Below are positions 29,248 through 38,535 of a stretch of 64,000 bases of DNA, piece after piece. The stretch comes from an uncultured virus (IMG/VR IMGVR_UViG_3300032223_003290) (Duplodnaviria; Heunggongvirae; Uroviricota; Caudoviricetes). The notes below the pieces were generated by a model that made no database searches, was not told where the DNA came from, and worked only from the letters and a program-made list of their open reading frames with translations. Within the stretch, counting starts at the first letter, position 1, and each line of letters starts with the position of its first letter. Both the position numbers and the translations under genes were made by a program. Location: the IMG/VR virus record IMGVR_UViG_3300032223_003290; one strand, written 5' to 3'.

Positions 29248-32238
29248 TTATGAACTCGTTATGCTTGTCATGCTATAAGTATTATTTCTAAAAATTACCA
29301 CTACTCTATATCTTGCAGAATTTCCAGCACCAGAAACTCCAGTAGTTTTAGTACCAATAGACCATCCTAATGCTCCACCCGATGCTGACGTCTTAGCAGA
29401 AATTGCAGCAGATCTCGAAGAGCCATTATTTGAGTTTGAACCTTGCAAAACACCTAAATCAAACCAAAGTGCATCTCCATCTAGATATATCAAAGCGTTT
29501 ATATTTCCAGTGCCATAAGGTGCAATATTTGATGCTGTGAAACCTGTAAATGTCAAGGTTCCCGTACTTGCTGATGTTTTATAAAAATATCTTTGATATT
29601 CCTGATCTCCTGTGAAAGAGTGAGTTCCACCCCATTGAGTATCATAATCGGAAGCCAATGGATACTGTAAAGTTCCTGATCTTACTTGAGCATTTCCATT
29701 AGCCATATCTATGGTAGAAGTAAATGCTATACCTGAGCCTATAACCAATCTTCTTGCCTCATCTTGAAAACCTTCATAAGTGTCTGTTGATACTGTCCCA
29801 TAGGTGTTAATTGCTTTGGCTATAGTTGCGTTGGAAGCTGCAGTTGTACCATGAGCTTTGTAAATGGTTACAGTCAAATATTTATTGAAAGAAGACTGAC
29901 TTGCTACTGACAATGAAACTCTAACATGATTAGAACCTGATTTATCTAATTCGTCAGTATATAAAGGAGGACTTGCTGGCAAACCAGTTGCAGTATTTAA
30001 TCCTGTTGCTGAAATTGCATAAACTTGTGTTACGTTGTAAGCACAACTATAAATGCCAGCAGCACCCTTGAAATAAACGCTAAATCCGGTACCTGATGCA
30101 TAATATGAAATTCCTGAAAGCCATTTATCTGATTGACTATATGTTGAGGCGGTTGCAGACTGTGAAAAAACTGGATTACCGTTTGTAGCTGACCAAGGAT
30201 CTTTCCACATTTCATAAGTGTTTGTTAATTGACTGTTTTCAGTGTGAGAAATATATACTCCCTCATATCCTGGGTATGGTTGAGTATAAGTTAAGATTTG
30301 AGCATTTGCCTTAGTCCATATACTGTTATAGGTTCCCAAAGCAGTCAATTTAAGATTATTGTTTGTATATCCAACAGCATAGTTGACAGTCAAATCAATA
30401 GTCCCAACTCCACCACCTGAAGGAGTTAGATAATTGTATCTATTGAAATATATTGTGCCATAAGTTGAAGTGGTCAAACTACCTGCTGAAAATGTTGTAG
30501 TGGTGTTTGCTGTATTTAATGTATGAGCACCAGATAAATAATATTTGCTAGTAATTTGACTTCCAGTGCCATAACCAGCTTGATACCATTCAGTGCCTAG
30601 ACCAGCAGATATCTTAACTGTATAGTAAGTTGGAACACTGCTTGCTACTAATGATGTGCCTGTCAAATAATTTGGTCTTGCAGGTGCTAATAATGCCAAC
30701 AATTCATTTATATCATCAACGGCATTGGCTATTGTAGTATTATTCGTCCAAGTTGAAAAGAAACCGTCAGTATAAGTACCATCTGTTGGGGTGCCTATTG
30801 TTGAAGTACCGGAACCACCAGATGCTGTCATAGGAACCCAAGAAAGGTTTCCTGCAGTATCTGAACTTAAAACAGATGTACCAGTTGCTGGAGTAGTAGG
30901 CGGCAGTATGTAAGTAGTAGAGGCTGTAGCTCCTGATCTAAACCCTGTGTAATAACTACCATTCCAAAAATTCAAACTACCAAATAAATTAATTGTTTGT
31001 CCTACACCAACTCCACCAGCAATTGTTAATGCTCCAGTAGATGTTGTTGTTGATGCAGTAGAGCTAGAAACTATTAAATTATTTGTGAAAGTTTTATTGC
31101 CAGCAAAAGATTGGTCTAAAGTTGAAACAAGGCCAGTAGCACCGATCCCAGCTATTGGTATGTTAAATGTGTGTGTTGAACCTGATGAAACAATATTGAA
31201 AACAGATCCACTTACACCTGTAGCAAAATATTGAGTTGAACTAGTTAGATTGTTTAAATAGGATATTCCACTAATTCCAACTGAGCTTAAACTAGAAAAT
31301 GTTAATGTTCCAGCATCATAAGATATTGCTATGCCAGGACCAGCTGCTAAACTATGCCACTCTACATCTCCGCCACAATTTGAAACAGATAAAACTTGAT
31401 TTGATGTTCCTAGTGGTAATCTTGCCCAACTTGTACCATCAAAATGTAAAATATCGCCCTTAACTTCATAAGGTATTGTTAATTTACTCGCATCGAATAA
31501 TTGTGATGAAGCAAATGTTATAGCTTGTGTGTAAGTATGGGTTCCAGTCCAGTTAAAGTTGTAAGATTGATCAACAGAAACAGTACCAAATGTAGTGATT
31601 GGATTATTTGATAATGTAATTCCATTACCAGCATTTAATTGGGTAATTCCACTACCCACAGGAACCCAAGAACTACCATTATATAAATCTAATCTATTTG
31701 TATCAGTATTGAAATAAACTTGACCAGCAGTTCCTGCAGCTACTCTTGTGGTTAAATTTGCAAGTCTAAGGAATTGACTTCCCATAGAAATTGCTGCAGA
31801 AGGGACATTGCCGCCATCAAGTCTTAAATATCTTGAATCAGCAAATGATTGCGTTATTCCAGAAGTGCCAGTGGAAGCAATTTCGTTCCAAGTAGTGCCA
31901 TTGTAAACTTTAAGAACACCATATGTAGTGTTGAAGTATAAAGCACCACTGACACCAATTCCAGGATCAGCTGCCCCAGAACCAACAGCCAAACCATATT
32001 TGCCTGGGTCTGGTTGAAAAATAATGTTTGAAGGGACAATGTCTCCAGATTTCTTTATATAAAAATCTGGTTGAATAGATAAATTGAAAACACCACTATT
32101 GATATTTAAGGTTAAGCCAGTATCAGGCGAGACCTTAAATGACAAATCACCTTTTAAAGTATTTAAAGAAGTGACTACATTAGATCTTTGCAGCGATCCA
32201 ACTATTAATCTGGGTGGGACAATGTAAAAATCTGACAT
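29248..32238 (-). CDS. Virion structural protein (996 aa), first gene of the leftward fibre block
   Basis: G.LYFNT...L.VYNG..W repeats; HTFNIPIAG module; GTPTDGTYTDG...NAVDDINELL segment. Confidence 0.75.
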   Translation of the reverse strand: MSDFYIVPPRLIVGSLQRSNVVTSLNTLKGDLSFKVSPDTGLTLNINSGVFNLSIQPDFYIKKSGDIVPSNIIFQPDPGKYGLAVGSGAADPGIGVSGALYFNTTYGVLKVYNGTTWNEIASTGTSGITQSFADSRYLRLDGGNVPSAAISMGSQFLRLANLTTRVAAGTAGQVYFNTDTNRLDLYNGSSWVPVGSGITQLNAGNGITLSNNPITTFGTVSVDQSYNFNWTGTHTYTQAITFASSQLFDASKLTIPYEVKGDILHFDGTSWARLPLGTSNQVLSVSNCGGDVEWHSLAAGPGIAISYDAGTLTFSSLSSVGISGISYLNNLTSSTQYFATGVSGSVFNIVSSGSTHTFNIPIAGIGATGLVSTLDQSFAGNKTFTNNLIVSSSTASTTTSTGALTIAGGVGVGQTINLFGSLNFWNGSYYTGFRSGATASTTYILPPTTPATGTSVLSSDTAGNLSWVPMTASGGSGTSTIGTPTDGTYTDGFFSTWTNNTTIANAVDDINELLALLAPARPNYLTGTSLVASSVPTYYTVKISAGLGTEWYQAGYGTGSQITSKYYLSGAHTLNTANTTTTFSAGSLTTSTYGTIYFNRYNYLTPSGGGVGTIDLTVNYAVGYTNNNLKLTALGTYNSIWTKANAQILTYTQPYPGYEGVYISHTENSQLTNTYEMWKDPWSATNGNPVFSQSATASTYSQSDKWLSGISYYASGTGFSVYFKGAAGIYSCAYNVTQVYAISATGLNTATGLPASPPLYTDELDKSGSNHVRVSLSVASQSSFNKYLTVTIYKAHGTTAASNATIAKAINTYGTVSTDTYEGFQDEARRLVIGSGIAFTSTIDMANGNAQVRSGTLQYPLASDYDTQWGGTHSFTGDQEYQRYFYKTSASTGTLTFTGFTASNIAPYGTGNINALIYLDGDALWFDLGVLQGSNSNNGSSRSAAISAKTSASGGALGWSIGTKTTGVSGAGNSARYRVVVIFRNNTYSMTSITSS

Positions 32239-32407
32239 AAAAATATAGAAAAAACGGGCTGCAATATTATCTGCTGTATTTTTTTTACAGCATTAGGAGA
32301 TTCATACTTTTTATATTCATTATTTGGCAAAGAAATAACTACAAATTTCTAGAGGAGGCGCAGCTAGTTTTTTATAAAATAAAAATAATTGCCCAAAACA
32401 TGGGTTG

Positions 32408-32435
32408 AAGGTGAAAAATAAAAAGTAATAGAAAT
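32408..32435 (+). promoter_or_regulatory. Candidate phage late promoter AAGG-N18-AGAAAT
   Basis: Copy of the recurring motif, intergenic, oriented towards 32518. Confidence 0.5.
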
Positions 32436-32517
32436 AACAAATTGAAAACAAAAAAATATAATTTGTTTTAGTTTATGTTTCTTCGAAGAAATAGATAAGG
32501 TATAAGGAGTACTTAAT

Positions 32518-33033
32518 ATGCCAACATATCCATCAAGTTTATACAAAGGTACAGCTAGATCAGCCAATGGTACTACCAACGATCCAGGTTCCTACCTTTG
32601 GAACAACTTAACAACATACCAAGAGCTTAAAGATACTGTCATTGGTTATGGAACCGGCCCAAATGACACAACTACAGTAACATTTAACTCTGCAGCAAAA
32701 TATCCAACTGACGTTAAATTTGGTGTAACTGGTTTAGGAACATCAACATACGCTGACTTTGATCTTGCACAAGCTAACTTGTCAACATTGATTTCAGCTT
32801 ATACAACTGCTGTCACATCAATTACAGCTACAGAGAAAACAATTGCTGTTGCATTCTCTGGAATTTCATACAACAATCTTCAATCCAAGATGGAAAAGGT
32901 TGCTTATGAATTGAATAGATTGATCGGCGATGTTACATTGGTTAATGCTGGTACTGCAGGTGGTGCAACAACTGCTGTAGGAAGATATCCATCTTCTTGG
33001 AACAGATACACCAACACTGCTGGTGGTTTATAA
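32518..33033 (+). CDS. Hypothetical protein, probably an abundant virion protein
   Basis: 171 aa, T/G/A-rich; AAGGAG RBS; followed by a strong terminator; codon style (TAC, AAC, GGT) like 58963..59985. Confidence 0.75.
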   Translation: MPTYPSSLYKGTARSANGTTNDPGSYLWNNLTTYQELKDTVIGYGTGPNDTTTVTFNSAAKYPTDVKFGVTGLGTSTYADFDLAQANLSTLISAYTTAVTSITATEKTIAVAFSGISYNNLQSKMEKVAYELNRLIGDVTLVNAGTAGGATTAVGRYPSSWNRYTNTAGGL

Positions 33034-33053
33034 TTAGATTTTCTAATTACAAC

Positions 33054-33088
33054 AAAAAAGAGGGGAGAAATATTCTCCCCTCTTTTTT
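33054..33088. terminator. Bidirectional intrinsic terminator
   Basis: AAAAAAGAGGGGAGAA-ATA-TTCTCCCCTCTTTTTT perfect inverted repeat between convergent genes. Confidence 0.9.
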
Positions 33089-33705
33089 TATCTCCAAATT
33101 GGCCCTTTTTTCAGTTTAGCCTTTAAAGCATCTATAGAAAGATGTTCTAATCTGGTTTGAACTAGCAATGTTTTTACAGAGTATCTATTTTTCATATAAG
33201 ATCCATTGTACGATCTATACATATTCCTATATGCTAATCTAGTGGGTAATTTACCTCTAGAATAACGTTTTAAGTGAACTGATAACTCTTTAGTACCAAT
33301 TGCTATATTCCCATCAACAGTACGTGGATTATAAACTCTTTTGGGGTCATAATACCTAATTGATGGTCTGACTAGCTGCATCATACCAATACAGGGTCTA
33401 CTAGTCATCTTGAACTCGCTCTCAACATATGCGGTAGAAGCTAACACATATGGGTCTACTTTGAATTTTGCAGAATACTTCATGATAGCATCTGTAATCT
33501 TCTTTATGTAGGATTGCGAATATCTCGGTTGAACAAGTTTGATAAATTTAGAAATTTTTTCTTTTTTATCAAGTTTATCCTTTGAGTTTGATACGGAAAT
33601 TTTCGCATCTTGACGGTATGGTTTCGGTGAATGAATAACTCCAATGTTTAATAACAAAAGAATTATGGAAACAATCACCTGACTGATTACCTCAATCATT
33701 GTCAT
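33088..33705 (-). CDS. Lytic transglycosylase (SLT domain) with N-terminal membrane anchor
   Basis: VDPYVLASTAYVES (catalytic Glu), GMMQL, NIAIG, YNG motifs; hydrophobic N-terminus; AAGGAG RBS. Confidence 0.85.
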   Translation of the reverse strand: MTMIEVISQVIVSIILLLLNIGVIHSPKPYRQDAKISVSNSKDKLDKKEKISKFIKLVQPRYSQSYIKKITDAIMKYSAKFKVDPYVLASTAYVESEFKMTSRPCIGMMQLVRPSIRYYDPKRVYNPRTVDGNIAIGTKELSVHLKRYSRGKLPTRLAYRNMYRSYNGSYMKNRYSVKTLLVQTRLEHLSIDALKAKLKKGPIWR

Positions 33706-33753
33706 CTCCTTTTCATTTCAAGCAGGAAATCACTTGAAATCTTTTATATAGTA

Positions 33754-33782
33754 ATTATAGTGTTTAATTTTTGGAAATACAA
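33754..33782 (-). promoter_or_regulatory. Sigma70-like promoter for the SLT gene
   Basis: Minus strand TTGTAT-N17-TATAAT upstream of 33705. Confidence 0.5.
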
Positions 33783-34085
33783 ATGAACCCAATCGACTCA
33801 ATGAAATCTTATCATGCAGCTCCACAAAATGCACCTAAGCAAAAAATCAATCTTATGCGTCAGTGCGAGGTTTGTATGAGTCAAGTACCTATGAATAGTG
33901 GCTTGTTTTTCTACTTACCACAATACGCAGAATACGCTGATTGGCAAAAAGACCGTGTGGGCAAAAAAGTTTGTATTTCGTGTTTACCTCCTCAAATTCA
34001 AAAACAACTTACTGAAAAAACAGTCAACGCTTCAAAGAATGATTATATTGACAATCTTTTCGCAGAGATCTTTAAGGCAGACTAA
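33783..34085 (+). CDS. Small CxxC/CxxC zinc-finger-like protein
   Basis: CEVC...CISC; ATG at 33783 preferred to TTG at 33771; stop overlaps next start (TAATG). Confidence 0.65.
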   Translation: MNPIDSMKSYHAAPQNAPKQKINLMRQCEVCMSQVPMNSGLFFYLPQYAEYADWQKDRVGKKVCISCLPPQIQKQLTEKTVNASKNDYIDNLFAEIFKAD

Positions 34086-34360
34086 TGAATTATAGCAAAT
34101 TAGCTCAATTAGTGCAAGATTTAGAACAAAATGGGTTCGAAGATGAAGCCACAAATCTTGCTGACGCTATGGAAACAGAAGCTAGCCCAGATGTAATCTT
34201 TTCAAATGCAGATATTATTTCTGAAATGGACGATATTATAGGTGGAGTTTTGTATCATTTAAATATTGATAACAACCTAAAATTTGTCGGAAATAATTTA
34301 TCACCACAAAGTATAAACGATATCCAAAATAGTTTGGCAGGAATAGTTAAATCAGCTTAA
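34085..34360 (+). CDS. Small acidic protein with KLAQ/LE..G...EA motif (candidate head-internal protein)
   Basis: MNYSKLAQLVQDLEQNGFEDEATNLADAME; motif shared with 36166 and 50958. Confidence 0.7.
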   Translation: MNYSKLAQLVQDLEQNGFEDEATNLADAMETEASPDVIFSNADIISEMDDIIGGVLYHLNIDNNLKFVGNNLSPQSINDIQNSLAGIVKSA

Positions 34361-34587
34361 TGCCATTTTTGCTTTTTATAATCTTCTAAACAAGATTCTG
34401 GAACTTCCTTTATTCTACAATCTTCACAATTGGTAGAAAGATGCATAACATAATCATCCCAGGTTTTTAATTCTTTCTTTTCTGGACGGGTAAATTGAAA
34501 TCTATGTTTCAAACCAGGCAAATATAATTCATCTTTTAAGAAAAAACTTTGCCCACACTTTTCACAATAACAAGATACAGTTGGCAT
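34357..34587 (-). CDS. Small zinc-finger-like protein (76 aa)
   Basis: MPTVSCYCEKCG...CEDC; start moved to ATG 34587, which overlaps the upstream stop (TAATG). Confidence 0.65.
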   Translation of the reverse strand: MPTVSCYCEKCGQSFFLKDELYLPGLKHRFQFTRPEKKELKTWDDYVMHLSTNCEDCRIKEVPESCLEDYKKQKWH

Positions 34588-35042
34588 TACTTTACAAAAT
34601 CCGTGAGTGCTTTTCCGGTAAATAACTGAACTATAGTAAGAAAAGCAATAACACCACCAAGAGTCCACATAATTTTATTGATTGTATTCTTAACATCCCA
34701 ATAAATCTTTTTCATACTCTTGATATCTTCTTTAACTTCAGCAATATCAGAGCCAAAATCAGATATTTGAGCAGTGTATTCTAGGGTTGCTTCTTCGATA
34801 TCAGCATCCCTTTTAACTTGAGCTGATTGGAAATTTTCAAACAATTTTTCTAAAACTGCATAGTCTTTGGACAATTTTTTAAATTCATCTTCGGATAATA
34901 TTTTTAAGGATTCTACACGAGTCAATATTTCTTTTTGATTAGTTAAAATATTGATAAGAGCCATATTAAAATCTAAATATGCCTCTGTCTGTGCTTTATA
35001 AACGCTCTTAAGTTGTTCTAATCCGACTTCGTTTTCTTGCAT
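34587..35042 (-). CDS. Coiled-coil protein with C-terminal transmembrane helix
   Basis: Heptad-rich body, then IMWTLGGVIAFLTIVQLF; GGAGG RBS favours ATG at 35042. Confidence 0.7.
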   Translation of the reverse strand: MQENEVGLEQLKSVYKAQTEAYLDFNMALINILTNQKEILTRVESLKILSEDEFKKLSKDYAVLEKLFENFQSAQVKRDADIEEATLEYTAQISDFGSDIAEVKEDIKSMKKIYWDVKNTINKIMWTLGGVIAFLTIVQLFTGKALTDFVK

Positions 35043-35054
35043 TTCACCCTCCAA

Positions 35055-35381
35055 TTAAAGAGCAGAGAGAACTTGTCGTAATTTCTTTGAGGATTCGGAA
35101 AGTTTTGTAATTGTATCGTCAACAGCTTCAAGAATAAATAATTTGCTTTTTGTCCCGTGATTTATATCTTTTTGCTTCAAACTGTATCTTTGGTCTCTGA
35201 ATTGAATATATGATGCTGATAAATAATTTTTGATATCAAGGCCTTTAATATGTAGTTCTTTTGCCTTGTCATTCATTATTAAATTTTTATCATCATCCAA
35301 AATATAAGCTGCACAACTAAAAGTATCAAGTAGACCACAAAGTAACATTGATGGGTTCTTACACTCTACATTTTGCTCCAT
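35055..35381 (-). CDS. Hypothetical protein (weak PAS-like N-terminus)
   Basis: LLDTFSCAAYILDDDKNLIMNDKAKEL resembles the start of a PAS fold; sits in an operon. Confidence 0.6.
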   Translation of the reverse strand: MEQNVECKNPSMLLCGLLDTFSCAAYILDDDKNLIMNDKAKELHIKGLDIKNYLSASYIQFRDQRYSLKQKDINHGTKSKLFILEAVDDTITKLSESSKKLRQVLSAL

Positions 35382-35391
35382 TGTTTATGCC

Positions 35392-36159
35392 TCAAAGAAA
35401 TATTCTATTGTAATATTCTTCAAAAACTTGGTAGCTTTCCTCGTCTTCCATTACAATAAAAATGTTTTTAATATTTGAATCTTTTGCTGATTGAAGGTAA
35501 GTTTTGATAGCTGCTAATTGTACTCTTGCTGTGTCATTAATATCATGAGTTCCACAATCTGCAGGAATCACAACTACATTTCTAGCCTGCTCTTCATCTG
35601 CTAATAATAAAGCTTTTCTCATTGCAGACTTTAGATCAACCTCATTCACAAGTCTACTTTCTCCAGCTACTGTAGCATGATAAACCTTTTGAGCTTTAAC
35701 TTTTGAATTTTCTCCGCCATTTGAGGTTATATAAACTGTACCCATATTGATTGGTTTTTGAAATTGATCTAATTCGTTTTGAATAATGCCACGAGACATT
35801 CTATTCAATAATGGATCATCAATAGTTAGACTTATATTTGTTGGGTGAATTAATACATCAGCTTTGACAAGATATGGATTGTCTATTTTATGAATACTAA
35901 TTTTTGTTTTAGGCTCAGGTATAGGATCTGGTTCTGGAATTGGTTCAGGTTCAGGTTCAGGTGTAGATTGTTCCACTTTTTGTTTAAAAGTGCATAAATT
36001 AGGATTGCCTTGACAATCATTTCCCCAAGATTCTACTACAACATCAAGTTGAACTTTGGTGAGAAATGAAGATAATCTTGGATTAGATAATACTTTTACT
36101 AAACAATCACCAGACGATAAATAAACAGGGCATAATTCTGACATATTGTTTTTATACAA
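35392..36159 (-). CDS. Macrodomain protein (divergent) with Cys-rich N-terminus and Pro-Glu linker
   Basis: KADVLIHPTN, GTVYIT..G, KVYHATV, ALLLAD....RNVVVIPADCGT, IKNIFIV pattern follows the macro fold. Confidence 0.75.
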   Translation of the reverse strand: MYKNNMSELCPVYLSSGDCLVKVLSNPRLSSFLTKVQLDVVVESWGNDCQGNPNLCTFKQKVEQSTPEPEPEPIPEPDPIPEPKTKISIHKIDNPYLVKADVLIHPTNISLTIDDPLLNRMSRGIIQNELDQFQKPINMGTVYITSNGGENSKVKAQKVYHATVAGESRLVNEVDLKSAMRKALLLADEEQARNVVVIPADCGTHDINDTARVQLAAIKTYLQSAKDSNIKNIFIVMEDEESYQVFEEYYNRIFL

Positions 36160-36165
36160 TATGGC

Positions 36166-36924
36166 TTATTTCACATTATATTTGGTAGAAAAATCTTTAT
36201 ATTTAGGATCTTTGACAATTTTAGAATAGCTATCTGGATCTTGGTATTTTAAATTTTGTATTGCTGACTTAACTGCAGAATTTATCATTGATTTTAATTG
36301 TGAAGAATAATCGGGAACTGAATTTGCTATTTGAAAAAATTCATTCAATCTTGGTTCCCATTCATAAATCGGTCGTCTTGTCAGTAAATTGGCAACTTGA
36401 GCAGTAATTGTTCCGGGTAAAACATTATTTACGAACTCAGATTTACGTTCATCTGATACTCCAGGAGCTAAATTTTGAGCTATTAATTTTCCAAAACTTG
36501 CAAAACCAACATTCGAAAGGTTCATAAAATTAGAAGCTTGTAATCCTGCAGATAATTGCATTTCAGCTAAATATTTTCTACCCTTTTCAGTTTTACTAAG
36601 TTCAGCAAATTGAGCTGGAGTTAATGTTGGCAAAATACCTGGACCTGTTGGACCAATATCTGATCTAAAAGGAGCATTTTTATCATACATATCACCACCA
36701 GCAAACATTGAACCAGCAGCTGTATCACTCATATTTGAATACATAGCATCAATAAGAGGATTACCAGTTCTAGGCTGCCCAGTAGGTTCATAGTCTCCTG
36801 GCAATGTTGGAAGCATGTTTTGAGATGTTTTTATTAAATTATCAAGCTTATCAGATAAAGCATATTTGCCTTTCTGATCAAGTAATTGTGCAATTTTAAA
36901 TAATTTATTTAGGTTGGATGCCAT
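36166..36924 (-). CDS. Hypothetical protein with KIAQLLDQKG...SDKLD motif (candidate head-internal protein)
   Basis: 252 aa; N-terminal motif shared with 34085 and 50958. Confidence 0.75.
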   Translation of the reverse strand: MASNLNKLFKIAQLLDQKGKYALSDKLDNLIKTSQNMLPTLPGDYEPTGQPRTGNPLIDAMYSNMSDTAAGSMFAGGDMYDKNAPFRSDIGPTGPGILPTLTPAQFAELSKTEKGRKYLAEMQLSAGLQASNFMNLSNVGFASFGKLIAQNLAPGVSDERKSEFVNNVLPGTITAQVANLLTRRPIYEWEPRLNEFFQIANSVPDYSSQLKSMINSAVKSAIQNLKYQDPDSYSKIVKDPKYKDFSTKYNVK

Positions 36925-37579
36925 TTTTTTCCAAGTATTGACTTAATGGTGCAATTGATTTCTCGTATTGGGATAAGATATTTGTCATTTGAAGTTGCTT
37001 TTCTGCATTAGGTAAGTCTTTTTTAGAAGCAACTTTTGCCATATCTGCTAAAACATCTTCTATTGTCCATTTAGGAATAATTTTTATCAATTCATCTGCA
37101 TCTTTTTTATCAGATGTTTTTATAAATCTTGAAGTTGAATTTGCAGTTGATGGATTGAGTTTTTCTCTCATTGATTGATATCTATTTGAAGATTCTGGAA
37201 CAGATATATTTTGAACCCCAGACACAGGCTCACCACTTACTAAATCTTTTAAATTTTTAGGAGGATTTTTCTTAAAATCTTCTATAGCTTTAAGTAGTTT
37301 AGGATCTGTCATTTCAAAAGCACCTTGCGAGTGCTTTGTATCGTTGTATCCTCTATTTTTATCCGTTTCTAAAGCATGATAAAAGGCTGATGGACTATAT
37401 CTATCAGTCCAACCTGCAAGCAATGAAGCTAAATAACTTAAATTTTGCTTCATATTAGCTTGATTGAAAATATCATCACTTGAGTCACCAGATATCAATT
37501 TCATGATATTTCTTACATCACCAAGATTTTCCCAAGGAAATTTTACTGGTGTAGCGGCTACTTTTCTAAATTTACTCAT
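36905..37579 (-). CDS. Hypothetical protein (candidate head-internal protein)
   Basis: 224 aa; begins MSKFRKVAA; coupled to neighbours. Confidence 0.7.
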   Translation of the reverse strand: MSKFRKVAATPVKFPWENLGDVRNIMKLISGDSSDDIFNQANMKQNLSYLASLLAGWTDRYSPSAFYHALETDKNRGYNDTKHSQGAFEMTDPKLLKAIEDFKKNPPKNLKDLVSGEPVSGVQNISVPESSNRYQSMREKLNPSTANSTSRFIKTSDKKDADELIKIIPKWTIEDVLADMAKVASKKDLPNAEKQLQMTNILSQYEKSIAPLSQYLEKNGIQPK

Positions 37580-38499
37580 CTAGCCAATCCTCTCATTATT
37601 GCTGAAAAAAAGTTCCATGTATCCTTGTCTCTTTCATATTGATCATCTATTTCTTTTTGCTGAAATTTATCCATATCTTCTTGTTCATATTGTTTGTGAT
37701 ATTTATGTGATTTTGCTTTATCAACAATAGATTGTAAATCTTTCTCAATCAATTTTTCAGGAAAATCATCTAAATCTATGTCTGAATGAGAAATAATATC
37801 ATATAGTGAATATAAGCTTATACCAAAAGTTTTAATTTCAAATTTTGTTGGTACAAATGTCTCAGGATCTTTGTCTTTATCTAAGATATATTTTTGTAAA
37901 GGAGCATTTCCATACAAATAAGCATATTTTTTTTTCAATATTGGTTCAATTTCTTTATCCAAAGATATCATTTTGATGATCCAATCCATCAAAGAACCAT
38001 TGAACCATCCGGCAAATACCTTATATTTTTCAGATGGCAATAATGTTTCATTAATCAATTTTTGATATTCATTAGTACTATCAATAGAATGAGAAGTAGC
38101 TGTAGGAGTTCTGCTATCAGCTCTGTCAAAGCCCTTATCAGAACCAGCATATGGATTATAATCAGTAAGCCAAGTGTTCAATCCAGTTGGAGAATGTTCA
38201 ACTCGCCATTTTGCACGTTTAGAAATTTCATTAAAAAATGTTGGGTCTACATCACTAAACTGTAAATTACCGCTTGTTCTAAAAGGGCTTACAACGACAT
38301 TGCTAAAACCTGCAGTAGTAAATTGATTCATCCAATCATCTGCAGTTTCTGGACCTGCAACAGTAATAAAAGTATCCTCAGATCCTAAAGAATCTTTAGC
38401 TTTAATCATAAAAGCTTGATTACGAGCTGCTTGTTTGTAAATAGTGTTATTTTCTTCAGTTAATTTTACTGCAAGCTTTATGATATCTTTATTTTCCAT
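37576..38499 (-). CDS. Hypothetical protein (candidate head-internal protein)
   Basis: 307 aa; begins MENKDIIKLA...YKQAA; preceded by the candidate late promoter. Confidence 0.7.
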   Translation of the reverse strand: MENKDIIKLAVKLTEENNTIYKQAARNQAFMIKAKDSLGSEDTFITVAGPETADDWMNQFTTAGFSNVVVSPFRTSGNLQFSDVDPTFFNEISKRAKWRVEHSPTGLNTWLTDYNPYAGSDKGFDRADSRTPTATSHSIDSTNEYQKLINETLLPSEKYKVFAGWFNGSLMDWIIKMISLDKEIEPILKKKYAYLYGNAPLQKYILDKDKDPETFVPTKFEIKTFGISLYSLYDIISHSDIDLDDFPEKLIEKDLQSIVDKAKSHKYHKQYEQEDMDKFQQKEIDDQYERDKDTWNFFSAIMRGLAR

Positions 38500-38507
38500 A
38501 AATATAA

Positions 38508-38535
38508 ATTACTGAATATAATTTCTTACACCCTC
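38508..38535 (-). promoter_or_regulatory. Candidate phage late promoter GAGG-N18-AGTAAT
   Basis: Motif copy just upstream of ATG 38499. Confidence 0.45.

Noticed and set aside
419..32039. Many plus-strand and alternative-frame ORFs over the fibre genes (e.g. 419..760, 1395..1730, 14366..14743, 20163..20552)
   Set aside because: Shadows of Gly/Thr/Ser/Ala-biased codons in long real genes; no RBS or recognisable motifs.
32364..32579. 71-aa minus-strand ORF
   Set aside because: Overlaps 32518..33033 and the AT-rich control region; implausible composition.
34588..34668. Longer start for 34357..34668 given by the ORF track
   Set aside because: Extension overlaps the upstream gene; the TAATG-coupled ATG at 34587 is more plausible.
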